Assembly: GCA_017610175.1 (NCBI GenBank)
Contig: JAFCCO010000002.1
Span: forward strand, 46,706-110,705
From: Candidatus Iainarchaeum sp.
GTDB taxonomy: Archaea > Iainarchaeota > Iainarchaeia > Iainarchaeales > GCA-2688035
Direction: 5' to 3'
Length of the DNA: 64,000 nt
Both the position numbers and the translations under genes were made by a program. The notes under the pieces were generated by a model. The model did not search any database and was not told the DNA's origin. It saw only the letters and a list, made by a program, of their open reading frames with translations. The stretch's first letter is position 1; every line of letters begins with the position of its first letter. This document shows positions 1 through 8,923 of this stretch, piece after piece.

Positions 1-2
1 CA

Positions 3-284
3 ACAAACAACGAAATTATGTGCATTTTTATGATTGAATCAGGGTTGTTTGGGCTGGCAGGGGGCACAATTGGGGTGCTTTTTGGAACCGCCATATCTAT
101 CGGCCTTTCTGAGCTGGAGATAATTTCAATTCCCATGCTTAAAGGGGGCACAACAACCATTGTAACCCCCCAGCTGGTTATTATTGCAATTGTGCTGTCC
201 ACAGTTATTGGAATAGTTGCAGGGGCAATGCCTGCACGAGCGGCATCAAAGCTAAAGCCGGTTGAAGCCCTGCGGTATGAATGA
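3..284 (+). CDS. ABC transporter permease, FtsX/MacB family (C-terminal part; gene starts before window)
   Basis: FMIESGLFGLAGG...PARAASKLKPVEALRYE is the typical FtsX-permease C-terminus; frame open from position 3. Confidence 0.9.
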   Translation, partial: TNNEIMCIFMIESGLFGLAGGTIGVLFGTAISIGLSELEIISIPMLKGGTTTIVTPQLVIIAIVLSTVIGIVAGAMPARAASKLKPVEALRYE

Positions 285-317
285 CTGTTTGAAGCCAAGC
301 CAGCGCCTGCCGATAGC

Positions 318-325
318 TTTAAATA
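318..325 (+). promoter_or_regulatory. TATA box of the trp leader
   Basis: TTTAAATA about 24 nt upstream of ATG 350. Confidence 0.6.
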
Positions 326-349
326 GATTGCTTGCACCAATTTTATTTG

Positions 350-385
350 ATGACCTCAAAAGGCGATTCACTTTGGCTTCAATAA
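350..385 (+). CDS. Putative leaderless uORF1 MTSKGDSLWLQ
   Basis: ATG at the expected TSS distance from the TATA box; one Trp codon. Confidence 0.4.
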   Translation: MTSKGDSLWLQ

Positions 386-410
386 GGCCTTACCTGATTT
401 AACTAGCCTT

Positions 411-467
411 TTGAATGCAAATTCTAACCTAATTCAGCCATGGCTCTGGGCCTGGTTCACGCCGTAG
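411..467 (+). CDS. Putative Trp leader peptide MNANSNLIQPWLWAWFTP
   Basis: TTG start; TGG at 441, 447 and 453; lies upstream of the trp operon. Confidence 0.6.
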   Translation: MNANSNLIQPWLWAWFTP

Positions 468-489
468 GGCAAAGCATTGGAAAAAAGTT

Positions 490-562
490 GGGGTTATAGC
501 ATAACCTGGTAGTGCAGGCGGCTCCAGACCGTCGGATCAGGGTCCGAATCCCTGTAACCCCA
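490..562 (+). tRNA. tRNA-Trp(CCA), intron-less
   Basis: Acceptor GGGGTTA/TAACCCC+A, anticodon arm GGCGG-CTCCAGA-CCGTC, T arm CAGGG-TCCGAAT-CCCTG. Confidence 0.92.
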
Positions 563-563
563 C

Positions 564-595
564 TAATTTTTTCTTTTCAAAAAAGAAAAAAATTA
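564..595 (+). terminator. U-tract / AT-rich inverted repeat after tRNA-Trp
   Basis: TAATTTTTTCTTTT-CAA-AAAAGAAAAAAATTA. Confidence 0.5.
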
Positions 596-646
596 ACCAA
601 AAGAAAACTAAAATGAAAACTGAAAACAGAACCCAGTGAACAAACG

Positions 647-2245
647 ATGATTTCAGAAAAGGAACTCGGAAAGTTTGGAAAGGGAACAATTGTTCCAATA
701 GTAAAGGAAATAAGTAGCGGCCAGCATGCCCTAGACTTCTTTGCAAAGCTTTCAGATTACGGCAGGCAGAAAAACTCAATTCTCCTTGAGTCGGCCGATG
801 TAATGAAGAAGTACGGTGAAAAAAGCATCGGTTCAGCAGACCCATGCCTCAAAGTGCAGGGGACGGGGTCCGAATTTGAAATTGCCGCGCTAAATTCGCT
901 TGGGGAAAACTTTCTTGAATTCATTAAGCCAGGCCTTGGTTTTGTAAAGGACATTGAATTCTCAAAGGACTCAATCAAGGGAACGCTCTCGGTTGCTGCC
1001 GGAAACGTAAGCGAGGAAGAAAGGCTCAGGCTCAAAACACACGCAGACATTCTTCGCGCAATCTCCTTCGCATTCAAGCCAAGCCAGAAGCCGTTTACCC
1101 CATACTCCGGCTTGTTTGGTGCAATCTCCTATGATTTCATTGACCAGTTTGAAAAGCTTCCCGCAAACAGGCAGGACAAGCTAAACGACCCGGATTATGA
1201 ATTGCTTTTTCTCGACAACCTTTTCCACGTGGACCACGAAAAGCAAAAGTATTCCTTTGTTGCGAACGCGCTTCTCACAACCGATGATACCGGACCTGTT
1301 TATGAAAAATGCCTGAAGAGAATTGATGCGATGGAGAAAATCCTCTCCAAGGAAATTCCTGAAAGCAAAAAGGTTTCGAAGAAGGTTGAGATTCAAACAG
1401 ACGTTTCGGACAAGGAGTACGCTGAAATAGTTGAAAAAATGAAGGAACACATTACTGCAGGGGACGTTTTCCAGATTGTTCCAAGCAGAACATTTTCTAC
1501 AAAGGTGTCTGCAGAGCCGCTTGACATTTACTCAAAGCTTCGCGAGCTAAATCCCTCACCCTACATGTTTTATTTCAGGAATCAGTTGGGTATATTGCTT
1601 GGAAGCAGCCCTGAAACATTTCTCAAGGTAGAGGGTGGGAAAGAGAAAACGATTGAAATCAGACCGATTGCGGGAACGCGCAGGCGCGGCATTGTAAACG
1701 GAAAAATTGACGAGAAGCTTGACTTGGAGCTGGAAAAAGAGCTTCGCGCCGATGAAAAGGAGCTTGCAGAGCACACAATGCTTGTTGACCTTGCAAGAAA
1801 CGACGTTGCGCGCGTTTCAAAGCCGGGAACAAGGCATGTGGACAAGCTGCATATTGTTGAGAGATACAGCCATGTAATGCACTTGGTGAGCAGTGTGCAC
1901 GGGACACTCAAGCCCGAGCTTGACGCTTTGCATGCATACCTTGCCTCAATGAATATGGGAACCCTTACCGGCGCACCAAAGATTAAGGCAATGGAGCTCT
2001 TAAGAAAATACGAAAAGAACAAGCGCGGCTTTTACGGCGGGTCGGTTGGGTACTTTACGCCAAGCGGCGACTTTGACTCCTGCATTGTAATCAGAAGCAT
2101 GCGCATCAAAAAGGGTGAAGCATTCATTCGCGCGGGCGCCGGAATTGTTTTTGATTCAGTTCCCAAAAAAGAGGCTGCTGAAACAACCGCAAAGGCACAA
2201 TCCTGCATTTCAGCAATTAAGAAGGCACAGGGGGACTTCGAGTGA
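647..2245 (+). CDS. trpE: Anthranilate synthase component I
   Basis: LLES, NPSPYM, PIAGTR, EHTMLVDLARND, GTLTGAPK motifs. Confidence 0.97.
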   Translation: MISEKELGKFGKGTIVPIVKEISSGQHALDFFAKLSDYGRQKNSILLESADVMKKYGEKSIGSADPCLKVQGTGSEFEIAALNSLGENFLEFIKPGLGFVKDIEFSKDSIKGTLSVAAGNVSEEERLRLKTHADILRAISFAFKPSQKPFTPYSGLFGAISYDFIDQFEKLPANRQDKLNDPDYELLFLDNLFHVDHEKQKYSFVANALLTTDDTGPVYEKCLKRIDAMEKILSKEIPESKKVSKKVEIQTDVSDKEYAEIVEKMKEHITAGDVFQIVPSRTFSTKVSAEPLDIYSKLRELNPSPYMFYFRNQLGILLGSSPETFLKVEGGKEKTIEIRPIAGTRRRGIVNGKIDEKLDLELEKELRADEKELAEHTMLVDLARNDVARVSKPGTRHVDKLHIVERYSHVMHLVSSVHGTLKPELDALHAYLASMNMGTLTGAPKIKAMELLRKYEKNKRGFYGGSVGYFTPSGDFDSCIVIRSMRIKKGEAFIRAGAGIVFDSVPKKEAAETTAKAQSCISAIKKAQGDFE

Positions 2246-2823
2246 ACGTTTTATTCATTGACAACTTTGATTCATTCACCTACAACCTTGTGGACGAGTT
2301 TGCAAAACGCGGCTGTGAGGTCCGGGTTTACAGGAACGACGCTCCGCTTGAGAAAATTGAGCAGGTTGTTTTGGAATTTAACCCGGCTCTTATAGTGATA
2401 AGCCCCGGTCCGTCAACTCCAAAGGATGCGGGGGTCTCAATTTCCGCAATAAAGGAGTTTGCGGGAAAAGTTCCGATTTTTGGAATCTGCCTGGGGCACC
2501 AGTGCATTGTTGAGGCATTTGAGGGGGAGGTAGGGCAGGCGCCTGAAATAGTGCATGGAAAGCCGTCCCAAATCAAGCACGACGGCAAAACAATCTTCAA
2601 AAACATTGAAAACCCGTTTCAGGCAGGCCGTTACCACTCTCTGACAGGTTTAAATATTCCTTCGTGCCTTGAAGTTAGTGCAAAGGCAAACGATGTGGTT
2701 ATGGGCGTAAGGCATCGCAAGCAATTCATTGAGGGAGTTCAATTCCACCCGGAAAGCATTCTTACAAGGGAAGGCGGGAAAATTATTGAAAATTTAATTA
2801 AATTGTGCGGGAACAAAAAATGA
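2242..2823 (+). CDS. trpG: Anthranilate synthase component II (glutamine amidotransferase)
   Basis: IDNFDSFTYN, SPGP, GICLGHQ, QFHPES. Confidence 0.97.
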   Translation: MNVLFIDNFDSFTYNLVDEFAKRGCEVRVYRNDAPLEKIEQVVLEFNPALIVISPGPSTPKDAGVSISAIKEFAGKVPIFGICLGHQCIVEAFEGEVGQAPEIVHGKPSQIKHDGKTIFKNIENPFQAGRYHSLTGLNIPSCLEVSAKANDVVMGVRHRKQFIEGVQFHPESILTREGGKIIENLIKLCGNKK

Positions 2824-3836
2824 TTGGGCAATTTGTTGAAAAGGCTTCAAAAGGGGAAAACCTTTCAAGGAAAGAGGCAAGGGAGGCATTTGACCTCATA
2901 ATGGCCGGAAAGGTTGAAACACCTGAAATTAAGGAACTGCTTATTGCACTGCGCGACAAGGGCGAAACAATTGATGAGATAAGCGGTGCAGCCGAAAGCA
3001 TGAAAGATGTTGTTGCAAACGTTTCCCCAAAAACAGACAAGCCATTGCTTGACATTGTTGGAACAGGCGGCGACTGCAAGAGCACAATCAATGTAAGCAC
3101 AGCGTCAGCCTTTGTTGCCGCAGGGGCAGGATGCATTGTTGCAAAGCACGGAAACAGGAGTGTTTCCAGCAAATGCGGCTCTGCTGATGTTCTTGAAAAG
3201 CTGGGCGTAAAGCTTGAGTGCGGCAACGAGAAAAACACGCGGATGATTGAAAAGATTGGCATTGCTTTTTTGTTCGCGCCATGCCACCACCCTGCAATGA
3301 AATTTGCAATTCCTGCGCGAAAGGAAATCGGGACAAGGACAATTTTCAACATTTTAGGGCCGCTCACAAATCCAGCAAATGCACAAACTTTCTTGCTCGG
3401 GATATTCTCTCTTGAGCTGGCGGAGAATCTTGCAGGCGTTCTGGCCAATCTAAAAATAGGGCACGCGCTTGTTGTGCACGGCAACGACGGCTTTGACGAG
3501 ATTTCGGTCAGCGATGCGACAACGGTTTTTGAGGTAAAGGGCGGAAAGATTGAACGCTATGAAATTTCACCTGAACAGTTTGGGTTTCAGCGTGCAAACG
3601 AGAGGGATATAAAGGTGTCAAGCATTGAGGAAAATGCAACCGTTCTGAAGGCAATTCTTTCAGGGAAGGAAAAGGACGCAAAGCGGGACATCGTTGTTTT
3701 TAATGCGGGTGCGGCAATCTACGTAAACAATCTTGCTTCAAGCATTGGAGAGGGAATTGAAAAGGCCAGGCAAAGCATTGATTCGGGCTCGGCGCTTAAA
3801 AAACTTGAACAGCTTGTAGAGGAGAGCGGCAAATGA
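2820..3836 (+). CDS. trpD: Anthranilate phosphoribosyltransferase
   Basis: DIVGTGGD, NVST, KHGNRSVSSKCGSAD; ATG 2820 overlaps the trpG stop. Confidence 0.97.
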   Translation: MIGQFVEKASKGENLSRKEAREAFDLIMAGKVETPEIKELLIALRDKGETIDEISGAAESMKDVVANVSPKTDKPLLDIVGTGGDCKSTINVSTASAFVAAGAGCIVAKHGNRSVSSKCGSADVLEKLGVKLECGNEKNTRMIEKIGIAFLFAPCHHPAMKFAIPARKEIGTRTIFNILGPLTNPANAQTFLLGIFSLELAENLAGVLANLKIGHALVVHGNDGFDEISVSDATTVFEVKGGKIERYEISPEQFGFQRANERDIKVSSIEENATVLKAILSGKEKDAKRDIVVFNAGAAIYVNNLASSIGEGIEKARQSIDSGSALKKLEQLVEESGK

Positions 3837-4609
3837 AGGGATTATTGCGCGACATTGTTGCCGCGAAAAAGATTGAAGTCAAGGCTAAGAGGAAAGAGGT
3901 TCCCTTGAACGAGCTTGAGCCAAGTGTAAAGCCGGCCGAACACGGTTTCAGGCAGGCGCTTGAATCAAAGAAGCATGCAATAAACCTCATTGCCGAACTG
4001 AAAAAGGCCTCTCCCTTGTCGGGCGTTCTTCGTGAGGACTTTGATGTAAAGAAAATCGCGTCAATTTATAACAGGCATGCACAGGCAATTTCGGTTATTA
4101 CCGATGAAAAGTTTTTCCAGGGAAAAGCAGAGTACATCAAGCAGGTAAAAGAGGTTTCTTCACTCCCTGTTCTGCGAAAGGACTTTGTGATTGACGAATA
4201 CCAGCTTTACGAAAGCCTTGCAATGGGGGCAGATGCGGTTTTGCTTATTGCGTCAATTGTTTCAAAGCAAAAGCTCCAGAAAATGATGCGTCTTGCAAAA
4301 GAAATTGGAATTCAGGCCCTTGTGGAGGTTCACTCCAGCCAGGATTTTGAGCGCGCGTTCTCGCACGACCTTGAAATAATTGGGGTAAACAACCGCGACC
4401 TTGAAACAATGAAAATAAGCCTTAATTCGTTTGAGAGAATTAGGCAGCTCATTCCGGAGGATCGGGTAATTGTTGCGGAGTCAGGCTACTCCACAAAACA
4501 GCACATTGACTCAATTAAGGGAAAGGCCGATGCTGTTCTGATGGGCTCGGTTTTAATGAAGGCAGAGGATATTGATGCAAAACTTGAGGAGCTTGGTTTC
4601 GTTGGTTGA
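3833..4609 (+). CDS. trpC: Indole-3-glycerol phosphate synthase
   Basis: IAELKKASP, LRKDF, GADAVLLI, GVNNRDL. Confidence 0.97.
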   Translation: MKGLLRDIVAAKKIEVKAKRKEVPLNELEPSVKPAEHGFRQALESKKHAINLIAELKKASPLSGVLREDFDVKKIASIYNRHAQAISVITDEKFFQGKAEYIKQVKEVSSLPVLRKDFVIDEYQLYESLAMGADAVLLIASIVSKQKLQKMMRLAKEIGIQALVEVHSSQDFERAFSHDLEIIGVNNRDLETMKISLNSFERIRQLIPEDRVIVAESGYSTKQHIDSIKGKADAVLMGSVLMKAEDIDAKLEELGFVG

Positions 4610-5213
4610 GATAAAATTCTGCGGGTTCACCGATGAGAAAGACGCCCTTCAGGCCTGCTCCCTTGGGATAGACTTTATAGGGTTTAATTTTGTTAAGGAA
4701 AGCAAGCGCTTTGTTTCCCCCGAAAAAGCAAAGGAAATCATTTCCGCACTTCCTGAGCGGGTGAAAAAGGTGGGCGTTTTTGCGGACGAGCCGGTTCAGC
4801 GCGTTAACTTCATCAAGCGATACTGCGGCCTTGACATGCTTCAGTTCCACGGTTTTGAAACACCTGAGTACTGCTCGCAGTTTAGGAATTATATTAAGGC
4901 TTTCAGGGTAAAGGATGCCGATTCGCTTGAGGCAGTCTCAAAATATGGCACAGAGTACGTTCTTCTGGACACTTTTGTGGAGGACAAGCTTGGCGGGACA
5001 GGAAAGAGATTTAATTGGGCCATTGCAAAAGAGGTTTTGGATAAAAAGGTTTTTTTAGCTGGTGGTCTTAATTATAATAATGTAGCGCAGGCAATTGAGG
5101 AATCAAAACCCTTTGCGGTTGATGTTGCCTCGGGAATTGAGAGCGCTGCAGGCAGAAAGGACTTGGATTTGATGAGAAAATTTGTTGAGGCGGTGAAGGG
5201 CATTGAAGCATAG
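4602..5213 (+). CDS. trpF: Phosphoribosylanthranilate isomerase
   Basis: [26 protein letters not shown]; probable TTG start at 4602. Confidence 0.95.
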   Translation: MVEIKFCGFTDEKDALQACSLGIDFIGFNFVKESKRFVSPEKAKEIISALPERVKKVGVFADEPVQRVNFIKRYCGLDMLQFHGFETPEYCSQFRNYIKAFRVKDADSLEAVSKYGTEYVLLDTFVEDKLGGTGKRFNWAIAKEVLDKKVFLAGGLNYNNVAQAIEESKPFAVDVASGIESAAGRKDLDLMRKFVEAVKGIEA

Positions 5214-6390
5214 CGGAAAATTTGGCGAGTATGGCGGAATATTTATTCCCGAAACACTCATGCCCGCGCTTGAAGAGCTTGAAACCGCATTTTACGAAAG
5301 CAAAAAAGACGGCGCTTTTAAAAAGGAATTTGACCATCTTCTCAAAACATTTGTGGGCAGGCCAACAGCGCTTACTTTTGCGGAAACACTCAGCAAAAAG
5401 CTCGGTTGCAGGGTTTATTTGAAGCGAGAGGACCTTGCGCACACCGGGGCGCACAAGATTAACAACGCCCTTGGCCAGGCACTTCTTGCAAAGAAAATGG
5501 GAAAGAAAAGAATTATTGCCGAAACAGGGGCGGGCCAGCATGGCACTGCAACTGCAATTGCCGCAGCAAAGCTTGGTTTTGAGTGTGATGTTTATATGGG
5601 CGAAGTTGATATTGAAAGGCAGAAGCCAAACGTTTTTAGGATGAAGCTTGCGGGGGCGGGCGTTCTGCCTGTTTCAAGCGGAAGCCGCACACTAAAGGAT
5701 GCGATAAATGAGGCGCTTAGGGACTGGACTGCTTCATGCGAGGACACATATTACCTGCTTGGCTCCGTTCTCGGACCGCATCCCTATCCTGAGATGGTTG
5801 CACATTTTCAAAGCGTAATCGGGCAGGAGGCAAGAAAGCAGATTCTTGAGGCTGAGGGAAAGCTTCCAAAAACAATTATTGCCTGCGTTGGCGGGGGAAG
5901 CAATGCAATAGGAATTTTTAAGGAATTTATTCAGGACAAAGATGTTGAATTGATTGGTGTTGAAGCAGGCGGCCTTGGGATTAAGGGTGGAAAGCATGCG
6001 GCGCGGTTTGCCGACCCAAAGCTTGGGCGGAAGGGTGTGCTGCATGGCACCTTAACCTATGTGCTGCAGGACAAGTTTGGGCAGATTTACAACACACACA
6101 GTGTTTCAGCAGGCCTTGATTACAGCGCGGTTGGCCCTGAACACAGCATGCTTCGCGATATGGGTCGGGCAAAGTATACCTATGCGACAGATTCAGAAGC
6201 CCTGGCGGCATTCAAACTTTTAAGCGAGGTTGAGGGGATTATTCCTGCCCTTGAGTCATCGCATGCGGTGGCGCACTTGTTAAAGTATGCCAAGCACTGC
6301 AAAAAGGACGATGTGGTAATAGTTAACATTAGCGGCCGCGGGGACAAGGACATTTTCCACGTTGCAGACCAGTTGGGTGAGAAGATTTGA
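5203..6390 (+). CDS. trpB: Tryptophan synthase beta
   Basis: [29 protein letters not shown]. Confidence 0.98.
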   Translation: MKHSGKFGEYGGIFIPETLMPALEELETAFYESKKDGAFKKEFDHLLKTFVGRPTALTFAETLSKKLGCRVYLKREDLAHTGAHKINNALGQALLAKKMGKKRIIAETGAGQHGTATAIAAAKLGFECDVYMGEVDIERQKPNVFRMKLAGAGVLPVSSGSRTLKDAINEALRDWTASCEDTYYLLGSVLGPHPYPEMVAHFQSVIGQEARKQILEAEGKLPKTIIACVGGGSNAIGIFKEFIQDKDVELIGVEAGGLGIKGGKHAARFADPKLGRKGVLHGTLTYVLQDKFGQIYNTHSVSAGLDYSAVGPEHSMLRDMGRAKYTYATDSEALAAFKLLSEVEGIIPALESSHAVAHLLKYAKHCKKDDVVIVNISGRGDKDIFHVADQLGEKI

Positions 6391-7208
6391 ACAGATTCGA
6401 GCGCATGTCTGCAAGGCTGAGGCCAAAGGGAGAGGGCGCATTAATGCCTTTTGTGGTTCTTGGCGACCCAAATTATGAGCAGTCGCTTGAGCTAATCAAA
6501 ACACTTATTGACAATGGAGCGGACGCGCTTGAGCTTGGTTTTCCGTTTTCCGACCCTATTGCGGACGGTTCAACCGTGCAGGAAGCGGACCAGAGAGCGC
6601 TTGCTTCCGGGATGAACACGGACAAGTGCTTTTCTCTCTTAAAGGAAATAAGGGAATACAATTCTGATATTCCAATCGGGCTGCTTGTTTACTACAACCT
6701 TGTTTTTCAAAGGGGTTTGTCCAGCTTTTGCGGGGATGCAAAAAAGGCAGGTGTTGATGCCTTGCTTATAGCGGATATGCCTATTGAGGAGTCAAACGCA
6801 ATTATGGGTGCGTCCTGGAAGCACGGGATTTCACAGGTTTTTCTGGTTGCTCCAACAACAGGCGATGCGAGAATAAAGCAGATTGCGTCCCTTTGCTCGG
6901 GCTATCTTTACATTGTTTCCCGCTTGGGCGTTACGGGAGCAAGGGATTCGCTGCAGGTAAGCACACTTGAACTTGTTCAAAGGGTAAGAAAACACACTCA
7001 ACTTCCTTTGATGGTTGGTTTTGGAATAAGCAAACCCATGCACATACATGATGTTATTGCGGCGGGAGCGGACGGCGCAATTGTTGGCTCCGCTTTAATT
7101 AAGATTGTTTCAAAAAATCTTGTTAATCGCCGAAAAATGCTCAAAGACGTTGCCTCATTCATTGCCGAACTCAAGAAGGCAACAGTTTCCAAACCGGGCA
7201 AAAACTAG
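6387..7208 (+). CDS. trpA: Tryptophan synthase alpha
   Basis: [24 protein letters not shown]. Confidence 0.98.
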   Translation: MNRFERMSARLRPKGEGALMPFVVLGDPNYEQSLELIKTLIDNGADALELGFPFSDPIADGSTVQEADQRALASGMNTDKCFSLLKEIREYNSDIPIGLLVYYNLVFQRGLSSFCGDAKKAGVDALLIADMPIEESNAIMGASWKHGISQVFLVAPTTGDARIKQIASLCSGYLYIVSRLGVTGARDSLQVSTLELVQRVRKHTQLPLMVGFGISKPMHIHDVIAAGADGAIVGSALIKIVSKNLVNRRKMLKDVASFIAELKKATVSKPGKN

Positions 7209-7244
7209 GTTTTTAAACTAACTCGCGGCTTAAATTATTACATC

Positions 7245-7316
7245 GGGCCCTTAGTCTAGTGGTAGGACGCATCCTTCGCAAGGATGAGATCCCGGGTTCA
7301 ATCCCCGGAGGGTCCA
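7245..7316 (+). tRNA. tRNA-Ala(CGC)
   Basis: Cloverleaf with G3-U70; anticodon arm CATCC-TTCGCAA-GGATG. Confidence 0.95.
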
Positions 7317-7463
7317 TTTTTACCCTTTTTCTGCTTCTAACCTCCTTTTGCAACTTTTTAAAGTTAATTTGCAAAGCAAAGCTTTTTATATTTGAAAACG
7401 TTTCTTATATTAAATTCACATTGGAATTAGTGTGGTGAAACAAGGAAAAGGAGGTGAAAAGCA

Positions 7464-8165
7464 TTGGTTGAAGCATTTACTGGCGAACAAGTGGTAGATT
7501 TAATAGTCGCCCCATGGGCAGAGGCTATTACAGCTAGCGTAATCGCTGTTTTGGTTATTGCACTTGCTTTTGTAGTTGGATTCTACGTTAGCAAATACAT
7601 TGCGCAAATAATCGAAATGGCTTTGCAGAAAGCCAAAGTGGAAAAGTGGATTGATGACAACAGTCTTGGAACAGCATTGCTTGGTTTCAGGTTAACCCAG
7701 ATTATTGTTGTTTGGGTAAAAGTTTACATCATCGCTGCCGCTATTGGAACAGGTTTTGCATTGGTTAGCAGTGACCTGCCTATTGTTGCCACGATCAACG
7801 GCTTTATTGAGTACATGGGAACATTGGCTTCTTCATTGGTCATAATTGTTGGCGCTTTGTTTATTGCAAAGTACATCAGCAACGAGATCAAAAAGGGAGA
7901 CGTCTTGTTCAGCACACAGATCGCTGGAGCCATTCACTTGGCGATAGCTTACTTTGTGGCAGTGTCAACGTTGCCAAATCTGCTTCCGGGACCTGGAGAA
8001 GTAATAGCTGATTTGCTAACTTTCTTCCTACAGGCACTGGTTGTTGGAATAGGTCTGGCAATAGGTTTGGCTTTCGGGCTTGGCCTAAAGGATGTCATTT
8101 CAAAGAGCGCTGCAAAGAATCAGGCAGCAATCGAGAAATACATTGTAAACTTGGGAAAGAAGTAA
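7464..8165 (+). CDS. Membrane protein with MscS/CmpX-like TM-helix repeats
   Basis: Several TM segments, GLAIGLAFGLGLKD motif, GGAGGTGA SD upstream. Confidence 0.75.
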   Translation: MVEAFTGEQVVDLIVAPWAEAITASVIAVLVIALAFVVGFYVSKYIAQIIEMALQKAKVEKWIDDNSLGTALLGFRLTQIIVVWVKVYIIAAAIGTGFALVSSDLPIVATINGFIEYMGTLASSLVIIVGALFIAKYISNEIKKGDVLFSTQIAGAIHLAIAYFVAVSTLPNLLPGPGEVIADLLTFFLQALVVGIGLAIGLAFGLGLKDVISKSAAKNQAAIEKYIVNLGKK

Positions 8166-8206
8166 ACCAACTACTTTCCCCTCCTTTTCTTTTTTTTTTA
8201 ACGCGT

Positions 8207-8923
8207 TCAGGCTTCGCCCTCTAATGAGAAATAGATTCTTCTGTTGTTCTTTCCCTTGTTTTTCATTCCCTCAATCTTAATCTTTCCAACTTCATCAGTA
8301 TTCCTAACGTGGGTTCCACCATCAGCGGTTATATCAACTCCGCCAATGTCCACAATCCTAAGCACTTCAACAGCCTTTGGAAGCTTGTCCTTTAGCCTAA
8401 TAATTCCCGGAATCTTAAACGCCTCTTCCCTTGGCAAAAACTTCACTTCAATCGGAAGATTTCTTGCAAGCAGTTCATTCGCTTTCTCCACAAATCCGTT
8501 AAGCAATTCACGGTCGAAATTTTCCACACAAAAGTCCATTCTGCTCTTTTCAACATCCAATTGGTTGCCGCTGATTAGCGCACCGGTTTCGCCAAAAATC
8601 ACGTTGTGCAAAATGTGTGCGGCAGTATGCATTCTCATAAGCTTGTAGCGCCTTTTCCAGTCAAGAACACACAAAACATTGTCTCCCTCTTTTAAGCCCT
8701 GCTCGCTGACTTCATAGCTTACATCTGTTCCAAAATCCTTGCCAAAAAGCACGTTGAATTCATTCCCCTGCAGGATAATTTTTCCAAAATCAGAGGGTTG
8801 CCCTCCCTTCTCAGGATAGAATGCGCTCTTGTCAAGCACAACAAATTTTGAAGCAGTTACCTTTTCAATTCTGGCTCTCCACTCCCTGATGTAGGAGTTT
8901 TTCATCCAGAGTTTTTCAGTCAT
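8207..8923 (-). CDS. alaX: AlaX-M trans-editing protein
   Basis: FYPEKGGQPSD, RMHTAAH, DGGTHV. Confidence 0.92.
   Translation of the reverse strand: MTEKLWMKNSYIREWRARIEKVTASKFVVLDKSAFYPEKGGQPSDFGKIILQGNEFNVLFGKDFGTDVSYEVSEQGLKEGDNVLCVLDWKRRYKLMRMHTAAHILHNVIFGETGALISGNQLDVEKSRMDFCVENFDRELLNGFVEKANELLARNLPIEVKFLPREEAFKIPGIIRLKDKLPKAVEVLRIVDIGGVDITADGGTHVRNTDEVGKIKIEGMKNKGKNNRRIYFSLEGEA

Noticed and set aside
350-489. T-box riboswitch in the trp leader
   Set aside because: No T-box consensus (AAGGTGGCACC/GGGTGGTACC-like) or stem-I motifs visible
440-499. ATG ORF MALGLVHAVGQSIGKKLGL
   Set aside because: No Trp and it runs into the tRNA; the overlapping TTG frame with three Trp codons explains the sequence better
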